DNA of 59,892 nt, taken from a virus. Lineage: Duplodnaviria; Caudoviricetes. The stretch spans positions 1 to 59,892 of IMG/VR virus record IMGVR_UViG_3300020122_000432, one strand, 5' to 3'. The notes under the pieces were generated by a model. That model was given only the letters and a program-made list of their open reading frames with translations. It ran no database searches and was not told the origin of the DNA. Position 1 is the first letter of the stretch. Every line of letters starts with the position of its first letter. Positions 25,204 through 34,058 of this stretch are shown in pieces. A program made the position numbers and the translations under genes.

Positions 25204-26769
25204 GTGGCCACGTCATCACCCGTCGACATCTGGCGCCTCTACGACGACGTGGTGAGCGGACGTCGCCAGGCCGGGGACGAGGTAGCGGACTACTTCGACC
25301 CACCCGGCCGGAAGTGGCGAGTCGATCCCGCCCTCTGGGCGACCGAGCGCGCGGGCATCGAGCTGTGGAGCAAGCAGCGTGAGATCATCACATCGGTGCG
25401 GGACCAGCGTCAGACCGCGGTTCACAGCTGCCACGAGGTCGGAAAGTCCTTCATCGCCGCAACGACGGCGTGCTGGTGGATCGACACACACCCTGTCGGT
25501 GACGCGTTCGTGGTGACGACCGCTCCCACGGATAAGCAGGTCAAGGCGATCCTCTGGCGCGAGATCAACCGGCTGCACTCCCGGCTCGACCTGCCCGGCC
25601 GGACGAACCTCGCGGAGTGGTACGTGGGGAAAGAGCTCGTCGCCTACGGGCGGAAGCCGGCCGATCACGATCCCGCCGCGTTCCAGGGAATTCACGCCCG
25701 CTACATGCTCGTCATTCTCGACGAGGCCTGCGGCATACCCAAGGAGCTGTGGGACAGCGCGTCCACCCTGGGTACGAACGAGTACGCGCGCGTCCTGGCG
25801 ATCGGCAATCCGGACGACCCGTTCGGCGAGTTCGAGGCGAAGTGCCGGCCGACGTCGGGCTGGCACGTCATCAAGATCGGCTATCGCGACACACCCAACT
25901 TCACGGATGAGAAGATCTCGCCACTCCTCGCCGAGATGCTCATCGGTCCGACGTGGGTCGCCGAGCGCGAGCGGGAGTGGGGCGCGTCGTCCGCACTGTT
26001 CATCTCGAAGTGTGAGGGTGAGTTCCCCCGCGGCTCGAGCCCGTTCGCCGTGATACCGGTGGTGTGGTACGAGACGTGCTGCTACACCGACCTACCCGCG
26101 ACCGACCCCGCGGAGGGAGGCTTGGACGTGGCCGCGGGCGGTGATCGCACGGTCCTCGTGGAGCGGCGCGGCTCGCGACTCGGCCGCACGTTTGAGTTCG
26201 TCGACCCCGACTCGATGAAGGCCGTGGGACTGATCGTCGAGAAGATCAACGAGTGGGGCCTCACGCGCGTTAAGGTGGACCCCATCGGCGTGGGCTGGGG
26301 CCTCATGGGCCGGCTGAAGGAGCTCTCGAGTAAGCACAACCCATCGGGTCAGACGACGCACAGCGCCGAGATCATCGGTGTGAACTTCGCGGAGTCACCC
26401 ACACCCGGGCACGAGGCGAAGTTCCTCAATAAGCGCGCCCAGGTCTGGTGGCACACCCGGGAGCTGTGCCGGCTCGGGCTCGTGGACCTCTCCTCCCTGG
26501 GTGACCGCGCGAAGCAGGAGCTCACGGTTCCTCGCTACGAGATCGTGGACTCGCAAGGCAAGATCAAGATCCAGCCGAAGGAGGAGGTTCGCGACGAGCT
26601 GGGCCGCAGCCCCGACATCGGCGACGCGGTCGTCCTCGCCCTCTGGGACGTCACGTCACAGGGCACCGTCGCGGACACGACGCAGCTCGCGGAGACCGAC
26701 CTGACGAGAAATCTCGATCCCGACTGGGGACGTGACTTGATGGGATTCGATCGCACCGGTGCCTGGTAG
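25204..26769 (+). CDS. terL: Terminase large subunit
   Basis: SCHEVGKS, LDEA, IGNP, GLDVA, RSPDIGDA. Confidence 0.93.
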   Translation: MATSSPVDIWRLYDDVVSGRRQAGDEVADYFDPPGRKWRVDPALWATERAGIELWSKQREIITSVRDQRQTAVHSCHEVGKSFIAATTACWWIDTHPVGDAFVVTTAPTDKQVKAILWREINRLHSRLDLPGRTNLAEWYVGKELVAYGRKPADHDPAAFQGIHARYMLVILDEACGIPKELWDSASTLGTNEYARVLAIGNPDDPFGEFEAKCRPTSGWHVIKIGYRDTPNFTDEKISPLLAEMLIGPTWVAEREREWGASSALFISKCEGEFPRGSSPFAVIPVVWYETCCYTDLPATDPAEGGLDVAAGGDRTVLVERRGSRLGRTFEFVDPDSMKAVGLIVEKINEWGLTRVKVDPIGVGWGLMGRLKELSSKHNPSGQTTHSAEIIGVNFAESPTPGHEAKFLNKRAQVWWHTRELCRLGLVDLSSLGDRAKQELTVPRYEIVDSQGKIKIQPKEEVRDELGRSPDIGDAVVLALWDVTSQGTVADTTQLAETDLTRNLDPDWGRDLMGFDRTGAW

Positions 26770-26812
26770 GATCAGACCGATCGGCACCGTGCCGACGACC
26801 AGGGAGGAAGAG

Positions 26813-26932
26813 ATGGGATACAAGGGTACGCACCGGTCTAAGGGAAAGGCCGGCTGCCCGTTCAGCGTCGTCACGCTACCGGTGATGATCGTCATCGCGC
26901 TGGTGCGGCTGGCGGTGCGCCGTGGCCGCTAG
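26813..26932 (+). CDS. 39-aa membrane peptide
   Basis: GGAGG RBS; MGYKGTHRSKGKAGCPFSVVTLPVMIVIALVRLAVRRGR. Confidence 0.6.
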   Translation: MGYKGTHRSKGKAGCPFSVVTLPVMIVIALVRLAVRRGR

Positions 26933-27194
26933 TGACGATGAAGCTCGGGACAGTGTCGCGGAGTCCCGGGAGAGCATCGCAGAGTCAACACCTACGACGC
27001 GTTTCTACCTGGTGGGTGCGAACATGTCACTCGAGGGAGCGATGCGCGGCTACGACGCAATGGAGGCGCGCGGTCGCGGCGCGTCCATCGACGACTTGCT
27101 GAAGATCACCGTCGCGCGCTCGCTATGCGGGATTCTCACGTGTCTCGCCAACCTCGAGGACCTCATCCGGGAAGACATCGCGAAGGGAGACTGA
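26922..27194 (+). CDS. Hypothetical protein
   Basis: Operonic ORF. Confidence 0.6.
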   Translation: MAASDDEARDSVAESRESIAESTPTTRFYLVGANMSLEGAMRGYDAMEARGRGASIDDLLKITVARSLCGILTCLANLEDLIREDIAKGD

Positions 27195-27195
27195 G

Positions 27196-27450
27196 ATGGA
27201 CCTGCACGAGCTGATGCTCGCACTCATCGAGCTGCATGGCAAGGGGTACGGCGAGGTGGAGGTCACCGTGATCACGCGCTGCGGGGAGCACCTTGTCAGC
27301 GACGAGATCGAGGAGGTCGCGTACGACGGCAACGCGAACATCATCGAGATCTTCGGCCGCTCATCGAACGACGACACCGAGCCGGGTGAGACGGCCGTGA
27401 ATGAGGACGACGACCCCGTGGGTGAGGACCCGGGACTACTCGTCTCGTAA
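27196..27450 (+). CDS. Acidic hypothetical protein
   Basis: RBS; D/E-rich. Confidence 0.65.
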   Translation: MDLHELMLALIELHGKGYGEVEVTVITRCGEHLVSDEIEEVAYDGNANIIEIFGRSSNDDTEPGETAVNEDDDPVGEDPGLLVS

Positions 27451-27486
27451 CACGGCACACGGCGCATACGATCGAGGAGGAGTGAG

Positions 27487-27711
27487 ATGGCAACGTTTCT
27501 GGTGACGATGATTCCCAGCGGTCACCGCGGCGTCCCGAAGGGAACGCCGAAACGCACGGGTCTCTGCCCACTGCAAACGGGCAAGACATGTGACGATGTC
27601 GACGGCCGACACCACACCGTGCTCTACGAGATTCCGGGTGACGCGACCGTCAGCGACGCTCGCGATCACTGGTCACCCATTCACTGGGTAACCCGGGTCG
27701 AGGAAGTTTGA
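27487..27711 (+). CDS. Hypothetical protein
   Basis: GAGGAGG RBS. Confidence 0.65.
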   Translation: MATFLVTMIPSGHRGVPKGTPKRTGLCPLQTGKTCDDVDGRHHTVLYEIPGDATVSDARDHWSPIHWVTRVEEV

Positions 27712-27736
27712 CACATTCTCTTTCTCTTGATATGAT
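27708..27736 (+). promoter_or_regulatory. Strong housekeeping-sigma promoter
   Basis: TTGACA-N17-TATGAT. Confidence 0.85.
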
Positions 27737-27786
27737 GGTTCTAGGTCGGTCGCCGACCGACCCGGATCGAGGAGGATGAGGAAGAG

Positions 27787-28014
27787 ATGGTTGGACCCTC
27801 GTACGAGGTGCTCTACCCGGACGTCGAGGTGAGTCTCGGCGATCTTACCGGGCCCGAGGGGAACGTGTACGCGATCATCGGCAACGTGACTGGGCCGCTC
27901 CGCCGGGCGCACGGTAGCAAGGCCGCCACCGAGTTCACGCGCCAGGCGACCTCGCAGCCGAGCTACGAGGCACTGCTCGAGCTCGTGCACCGCTGGGTGA
28001 CCGTGGTCGGCTAG
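27787..28014 (+). CDS. Hypothetical protein
   Basis: Has its own promoter, RBS and downstream hairpin; LTGPEGNVYAIIG motif. Confidence 0.75.
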   Translation: MVGPSYEVLYPDVEVSLGDLTGPEGNVYAIIGNVTGPLRRAHGSKAATEFTRQATSQPSYEALLELVHRWVTVVG

Positions 28015-28025
28015 GCAGGTAAGAC

Positions 28026-28056
28026 GAGGGGCCGGTCCACACGGGCCGGCCCCTCT
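28026..28056. terminator. Hairpin
   Basis: GAGGGGCCGG...CCGGCCCCTC inverted repeat. Confidence 0.6.
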
Positions 28057-28076
28057 CATATCCAGAGGAGAGAGTC

Positions 28077-28358
28077 ATGACCGAGAATCCGCTACGCGAC
28101 ACGTCGCTTCGCGCGGCGTTCGCGTGCGTCGAGCTACTGCGTACGGAGGCGTACGCCGAGGGACGCGTTCCCTCGGGCATTGAGATGCTCAAGGTGTTCA
28201 AGACCATTACGGACGCCGTGTATGATGCGAACCTGCGGTACGCGGACCCCACGATGCAGCCACCCGTGATGTGCGGCTGCGACTACCACGGCGACCGCGC
28301 TGCCTGCAACTTCGCGTGCGTCTGCTCGTGTCGGTTCGTCGTTCTCCGCGTCGACTGA
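28077..28358 (+). CDS. Cys-rich hypothetical protein
   Basis: GAGGAG RBS; CGC...H...C...CVCSC. Confidence 0.6.
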   Translation: MTENPLRDTSLRAAFACVELLRTEAYAEGRVPSGIEMLKVFKTITDAVYDANLRYADPTMQPPVMCGCDYHGDRAACNFACVCSCRFVVLRVD

Positions 28359-28438
28359 CGACAAATCACGTCGTCCAGGTCGTCCTGGTGGCACGTTCGG
28401 CGCCGACCGTGGTAGTCACCAACGGCCGCTAGACACGA

Positions 28439-28468
28439 CACCGGCCCAGTCGAAAGACTGGGCCGGTG
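28439..28468. terminator. Hairpin between convergent genes
   Basis: CACCGGCCCAGTC-GAAA-GACTGGGCCGGTG. Confidence 0.75.
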
Positions 28469-28479
28469 CCTCGTGCTCG

Positions 28480-28719
28480 CTACGCGGTGTACGGGATGTC
28501 AAACACCCGCGCGACGTGGATCATGTCGTCGCGCGTCTTAACCCGCACGGTGACCGTCGCGTCGGCCGTGTCGTCGTGGCAGACGATGGTGATGACCGGC
28601 TCCGCGATGTCCAGGTTAAGGACCGCGTCCAGCGTGACCGGGATGTTGGTCGTCCGCCACGTCAGCAGGTACTCGGTCACGGATCGCCGCTGGCGCTCCG
28701 CGGGTGTGAAGTCCGTCAC
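28480..28719 (-). CDS. Hypothetical protein
   Basis: Own promoter and GAGGAGG RBS. Confidence 0.7.
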   Translation of the reverse strand: MTDFTPAERQRRSVTEYLLTWRTTNIPVTLDAVLNLDIAEPVITIVCHDDTADATVTVRVKTRDDMIHVARVFDIPYTA

Positions 28720-28764
28720 TTCTTCCTCCTCGATCCGGGCGCCTCGGTGGCGCCGCGTGGTTCA

Positions 28765-28824
28765 ATCATATCACATCCTGTGAGAGATGTCAACGTTGCA
28801 TCTCACTCGTTTTCTTGATATGAT
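28765..28824. promoter_or_regulatory. Back-to-back divergent promoters
   Basis: Minus strand TTGACA-N17-TATGAT (28793-28765); plus strand TTGCAT-N17-TATGAT (28796-28824). Confidence 0.8.
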
Positions 28825-28870
28825 AGCTGCAGCGGCGGCACCCGGTCGCCGCGGATCGAGGAGGAACGAA

Positions 28871-29203
28871 GTGGCACAGCTCATCAACCTGGAGGAGATC
28901 TTCGACGGGCTCTCCGTCAAGATCACGTACGGCGATCACTCCACCGTCGAGGGTCTCTGCTCCGGCACTGACTACGAGGACGTCTCCTTCTGGGAGATCA
29001 CCGGCGAGCAGCACTACGACACCACCGACGTCGCGGTGGTCGAGGTCACCGGCTGGCCCACGTGGCTGACGAATCTCGTCGGTGCGGCTAACGCGGGATC
29101 CCTGGGTGAGGGTGAGATCATCCGGGTGATCGCCGCCGCGCTCGGCCGCAGCGTGGACGCGGCGTCACACCTCTGGAGACTCGTCCGCGAGGCAGTTGTG
29201 TAG
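28871..29203 (+). CDS. Hypothetical protein
   Basis: GAGGAGG RBS before GTG. Confidence 0.7.
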   Translation: MAQLINLEEIFDGLSVKITYGDHSTVEGLCSGTDYEDVSFWEITGEQHYDTTDVAVVEVTGWPTWLTNLVGAANAGSLGEGEIIRVIAAALGRSVDAASHLWRLVREAVV

Positions 29204-29273
29204 CACACCACACGGGAGCCCGGGCCCGACGGTCCGGGCTCTCGGTGTGTCTACGTGTGCTACCGTTGTCTCC

Positions 29274-29591
29274 GTGGAAGTACTCATTGCCGTCCTCTTC
29301 GTCCTCGCGGTGCACCGCGTGTCCCGCCTCATCGTCGCCGACTCGTTCCCGCCCATCGCGTGGCTGCGCAACAAGATCACCGGGAACCTGCGCACGGAGC
29401 ACTGGGCCGTGTATCTTCTCGGCAACGACAAGCAGTACGGGTGTCCGTGGTGCGCGTCACTGTGGGTGGGTGGGATCGGTGCCACCGTCCTGGGGCTGAC
29501 CACACACTGGTTCGTCTGGCAGATGTGGGTCATGCTGGCGCTGGCCGCGTCCACACTCACCGGGTTCATCGCGGAGCGTGAGAAGGAGTAA
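29274..29591 (+). CDS. DUF1360-like membrane protein
   Basis: HRVSRLIVADS and CPWCASLW motifs, TM helices; just upstream of portal. Confidence 0.7.
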   Translation: MEVLIAVLFVLAVHRVSRLIVADSFPPIAWLRNKITGNLRTEHWAVYLLGNDKQYGCPWCASLWVGGIGATVLGLTTHWFVWQMWVMLALAASTLTGFIAEREKE

Positions 29592-29594
29592 GCC

Positions 29595-31115
29595 GTGGCC
29601 GACCGGCGTGCGCGATCCGCGGAGCTCCCCCTGGGACTCACCGCGGCCAGTGAGAACCTGGCGGAGCAGCCGGTATCTCCGCAGGTCATCATCAACCAGG
29701 TCCTGCAGCTGCAGGACGAGGCGTGGCAGTTTTACCACGCACTGGGTGAGCTGAACTTCGCGATAGGCGTGTGGCTCGGCGGCGCGATGTCACGTGTGCG
29801 CCTGGTGCCCGCCACGGTGCTGCCCGGCGAGGAACCCACGCCGATCACCGACAAGAACGACCCGATGTTCAGACTCGTCGCGCAGATCGGGAACGGCATC
29901 GGTGGTCAGGCCGCTCTCATGAAGCGACTTGCCGTTCTGCTCTCGGTGCCGGGCGAGAGCTACCTCATCGGCACTCCGAACGAGGCAGGTGCCGAGACGT
30001 GGAAGCTCTACTCGAACCGCGAGATTCGCTCCACCTCACGAAACAACAAGGGTAACTCGCTGTACGAGGTGAACATCTCGCGGGGTGTGTGGACGAAGCT
30101 CGACCCGAACGCGACGGTGGTGTCGCGCATCTGGCAGCCCGACGACCAGTTCGCGTACATCCCGTCGTCGGCCGTCATGAGTGCGTTGAGCATCTGCCGC
30201 GAGATCGACATGTACAACCGCTACATCATCGCGGTGCTCGTGTCGCGTCTCGCTCTCAACGGCATCCTTCTGATCCCGGCCGAGGTGAGCTTCCCGGTCA
30301 AGCCGCAGTTCAAGGACCAGTCCGACCCGTTCATCGCCGAGCTTCTCGACATCATGACGAAGAGCATCAAGAACCCGGGCTCGGCGTCGGCCGCACTACC
30401 CATCCCGCTGCGTGTGCCGAAAGAGTACATCGAGGCGTTCAAGCATCTCACGTTCGAGACGGAGATGGGTAAGACCGTCATCGAGGACCGGAAGGCCGCG
30501 CTCGAGCGACTCGCCGTCACGATCAACATCCCGGCCGAGGTAATGACGGGAATGGCGAAGATGAATCACTGGGGACAGTGGCAGCTCGAGGAGTCGGCGG
30601 TCAAGATCTACATCTCGCCACTCGCGGAGATCATCGTCACCGCGCTGACCGAGCAGTACGCGTACCCGCTCCTGACCGCCGACGGTGAGTCCATCGTGAT
30701 GCCCGACGGCTCGATGCGCTGCATCTGGTACGACGCGTCCACCCTGGTGCAGCAGCCCGACACAAGCACGAAGGCACTCGCGGTCTTCGACGTGGGTGGC
30801 CTCAAGGAGGAGGCACTCAACCGCGAGTCGGGTTTCGAGGCCGACGACATGCCGAGCACCGACGAGTTCAAGACCATCGCACTCAAGAAGATCGCGATGG
30901 CCGGCGGTGCGCAGGCACTGCAGGCACTGGCCGCGCTCACCGGCGACGAGTCACTGGTCCCACCGACACCCGCGGCTCCCGCACCGACCGACCAGGGAGC
31001 ACCTCCCGGAGAGACTACGCCACCACCGCCGAGCGGTGGGCCGCCGCTGCCGCCGAAGCCCGCGGAGAAGGCACCCCCTCCGACGCGGCCGGGCACCCCA
31101 CCACCCGCGAGGTGA
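29595..31115 (+). CDS. Portal protein
   Basis: About 500 aa, downstream of TerL; LSVPGESYL and NHWGQW motifs typical of cluster-B-like portals. Confidence 0.85.
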   Translation: MADRRARSAELPLGLTAASENLAEQPVSPQVIINQVLQLQDEAWQFYHALGELNFAIGVWLGGAMSRVRLVPATVLPGEEPTPITDKNDPMFRLVAQIGNGIGGQAALMKRLAVLLSVPGESYLIGTPNEAGAETWKLYSNREIRSTSRNNKGNSLYEVNISRGVWTKLDPNATVVSRIWQPDDQFAYIPSSAVMSALSICREIDMYNRYIIAVLVSRLALNGILLIPAEVSFPVKPQFKDQSDPFIAELLDIMTKSIKNPGSASAALPIPLRVPKEYIEAFKHLTFETEMGKTVIEDRKAALERLAVTINIPAEVMTGMAKMNHWGQWQLEESAVKIYISPLAEIIVTALTEQYAYPLLTADGESIVMPDGSMRCIWYDASTLVQQPDTSTKALAVFDVGGLKEEALNRESGFEADDMPSTDEFKTIALKKIAMAGGAQALQALAALTGDESLVPPTPAAPAPTDQGAPPGETTPPPPSGGPPLPPKPAEKAPPPTRPGTPPPAR

Positions 31116-31118
31116 TCG

Positions 31119-34058
31119 GTGTACCGGGTCCAGGGTCACACCATTGAGGAGCAGCACGACCTCGCCGAGCAGTTCAGCGAGGTGGTGACGCATTCCCTGG
31201 ACCAGGTCACCGACCAGTTCATCGCGCACTTCATGCCGTCCGCGGTGGTCGCCGCGGCGGACCCCTCGGTGGAGGGACAGGCGTACCTCGAGTCACTGTG
31301 GCAGGCTCAGGTCGAGGGTGTCTTCTCGACGTTCATCGGTGCGACGTACGACTCGGCCGGCCTCGGACTCGCGCACGACGTGCTGGGACACGCCGATCTT
31401 CCCGACGGAGTGGGTGTCCCGGGTCTCTCGGATGACAACACCGCGTCGTACGTCCGCGCGACGGCGAATAAGATGAAGGGTGTCTCCGACGAGCTGTGGT
31501 CGGAGATCAGCACTTCCCTGGCCGAGGGCGTGGACAACGGCGAGTCGATCGAGCAGCTCGCGGAGCGTGTTAAGACCGCCGCGATGGTGACGACGCCGCG
31601 CGCCCTCACCGTCGCACGCACGACCGTCGTCAACGCGAGCAACGCCGGCTCGTTCGCGCAGGCGACGCTGCTGGCCACCGACGACGCGATGAAGAAGCAG
31701 TGGGTCGCGACGGAGGATCTGCGGACACGCGACGATCACCGCGAGGCCGACGGTCAGACGGTGCCGCTCATGGGGAAGTTCACCGTGGGTGGCTGGCTCA
31801 TGGATCACCCCGGCGACCCAGACGCTCCCGCGGGTGAGGTCATCAACTGTCGCTGCACACTGGTGTACGACCTCAACGAGGACGGCCCGATCTTCACGTG
31901 CACGCTGTCCAGCGCGGTGTTCACCGCGTCAATGGCGACGATGCCCGGTGCGGGAACCGGGACGTGCGTCACACCGACCGCGACGACGCCGGGTGGGGCA
32001 TCATCCCTCACACTACCGCCGGGTGTCGCGCAGAGCCTCTTCGTCAAGTTCCAGGGACACCAGAAGATCTCGCCGGCGTACGGTGGTGCGAAGATTCACA
32101 AGCAGCTCGCGGAGGCGAAGCTCGCGTACGCGCACGTGCCCGAGGTCGCGGCCGCGTCGGACGACCAGCTGCTGCACGTCATCGACCAGCAGTACAAGCT
32201 CGCGGGCGGTAAGACGTCGTTTCACGAGAAGTACACCGAGTGGGTGACGACCGGTCCCGGGAAGAAGTTCGCACCGAAGGGAACCGTCAGCGTCACACCA
32301 CCCGGGGCTCACGTGCCGGTTCACGCGCCGATGCCGGGTGTGCCGGCGCCGTCCGCGACGATGGGCGGACCGGTCGACCTGCTCGACATCTCGAGTGTGA
32401 CACCGAAGATGCAGGCCGACCTCTGGCAGGCGTTCAAGGGTGTGAAGCCCGTCACGCCCAACTGGGGTGGCGCCGCGGTCTTTAAGAACCTGCAGGCCGC
32501 GAAGGCCTCTCTGGGTCCCGAGTTCGCGGGACTCAACGACGGCCAGCTACTTAAGATCCTCGACCAGGAGTGGGCGGCGAAGGGGACCGGTAAGACGTTC
32601 TTCGACGAGACGACCGCGTGGCTCAAGACACCGGGTGCGAAGACGTACATCGATAAGGCCGGGCTAAGTCACGCATCCGTCCCCGACCCGGGTCTGACGC
32701 CCGCGACGCCTCCGCTGAGCGCACCGGTGTCGACGACCGCGGTACCGCCCACGGGAGGTGTCGCGCCGTCCTGGGACGTCAGCACGTTTGCGAGTGTCGT
32801 AGGCAAGGACGTCGTCCTCAGCGCACTGGAGGAGTACGAGAGCGCGTACGCCATGGGTTACCCGATACCCGATGCGCTGAGCATGGCGAAGAACGTCGAT
32901 CCGAAGCTCGGTGTGCTCACCGACGACCAGCTGGTCGACCTGCTCGATCACGAGTATGCGTCGAGCGGTGGGTACGCACCCGGTGAGTTTAAGAAGTTCG
33001 TCAGCCCGGGTGGAAGTGTGTCAGCGCCGCCACCGTCGCTGGCGCCGTCGCCGTTTAAGAAGGCCACGAAGAAGACGGCGAAGATCGCGAAGGTCGCGAA
33101 ACCACCTAAGCCATCGAAGCCGCCGAGTGGCTACGGGATACTCGGTACGGGACCGGACGGCGACATCTCGAGCATCCCGGAGGATGTGCAGCAGAAGATC
33201 TACCAGCACTTCAAGGCATCGGGTGTCTACCTGACCTCGACGGGTCCGAAGATCTGGGACACCGTTAAGTCAATGAAGATGCTCAAGGACTACGAGACGT
33301 ACACATCACTGCAGCTTATTCGGGTCCTCGACGAGCAGGGTGCGAAGAAGTTCGGCGTGGTCAACGCCAACCCGTTCGAAGAGAAGATGGTGAAGTGGCT
33401 GAAGACGCCGAGCGGTAAGTCTTACGCCACGGGTGTCGTGCCAACGGTCGCCACACCGGGTGTGCCACTGCCGAAGGGTGTGTTTACCCTCGACGAGATC
33501 GACCGACCGATCACCGCCACCGCCGAGACGTACTCGGACATCACCACCTACGACGCGCAGTCGATGCAGAGCTACGCCGCCCCCTGGGCACCAGCGCAGC
33601 GCAGCGCGCTGCGCTACTACACGGGTAACAACTACACGGAGATGAACGGTATCTTGCGTGGAACACGTCCGGGTTCAGCGTCCGTCATCGCTAAGATTCG
33701 ACAGGCGCAGGCCGGCATGCGTCCGTCCACGCGGCCGCTAACGGTTCACCGCGGCACGGGGCTCTCGCAGCTGGGTCTCGACTCATCCGCGAGCCTCGCC
33801 GACGTGCAGAAGTTGATCGGCGAGACGATGGAGGACAAGGGTTTCATGTCCACCAGCGTTGGCAGTCGCGCCGCGTTCTCGGGAAGGGTTCGGCTCGACA
33901 TTGAGTGTCCGACCGGCACGCCGATGGCGTTCGTTAAGTCTATTAGTCACTTCGGCAATGAGGATGAGATGCTTCTCGCCGCCGGCACTCGGTTTAAGGT
34001 ACTAGACGTCACCGACGTCGGAGGCGTCTACCGCGTGAGAGTGAGGGTTGTGCCGTGA
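31119..34058 (+). CDS. MuF minor head protein fused to a VIP2-type ADP-ribosyltransferase
   Basis: KQWVATEDLRTRDDHREADGQ and EVINCRC (MuF); YTG, TVHRG, FMSTS, EDE (R-S-E ART). Confidence 0.9.
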   Translation: MYRVQGHTIEEQHDLAEQFSEVVTHSLDQVTDQFIAHFMPSAVVAAADPSVEGQAYLESLWQAQVEGVFSTFIGATYDSAGLGLAHDVLGHADLPDGVGVPGLSDDNTASYVRATANKMKGVSDELWSEISTSLAEGVDNGESIEQLAERVKTAAMVTTPRALTVARTTVVNASNAGSFAQATLLATDDAMKKQWVATEDLRTRDDHREADGQTVPLMGKFTVGGWLMDHPGDPDAPAGEVINCRCTLVYDLNEDGPIFTCTLSSAVFTASMATMPGAGTGTCVTPTATTPGGASSLTLPPGVAQSLFVKFQGHQKISPAYGGAKIHKQLAEAKLAYAHVPEVAAASDDQLLHVIDQQYKLAGGKTSFHEKYTEWVTTGPGKKFAPKGTVSVTPPGAHVPVHAPMPGVPAPSATMGGPVDLLDISSVTPKMQADLWQAFKGVKPVTPNWGGAAVFKNLQAAKASLGPEFAGLNDGQLLKILDQEWAAKGTGKTFFDETTAWLKTPGAKTYIDKAGLSHASVPDPGLTPATPPLSAPVSTTAVPPTGGVAPSWDVSTFASVVGKDVVLSALEEYESAYAMGYPIPDALSMAKNVDPKLGVLTDDQLVDLLDHEYASSGGYAPGEFKKFVSPGGSVSAPPPSLAPSPFKKATKKTAKIAKVAKPPKPSKPPSGYGILGTGPDGDISSIPEDVQQKIYQHFKASGVYLTSTGPKIWDTVKSMKMLKDYETYTSLQLIRVLDEQGAKKFGVVNANPFEEKMVKWLKTPSGKSYATGVVPTVATPGVPLPKGVFTLDEIDRPITATAETYSDITTYDAQSMQSYAAPWAPAQRSALRYYTGNNYTEMNGILRGTRPGSASVIAKIRQAQAGMRPSTRPLTVHRGTGLSQLGLDSSASLADVQKLIGETMEDKGFMSTSVGSRAAFSGRVRLDIECPTGTPMAFVKSISHFGNEDEMLLAAGTRFKVLDVTDVGGVYRVRVRVVP

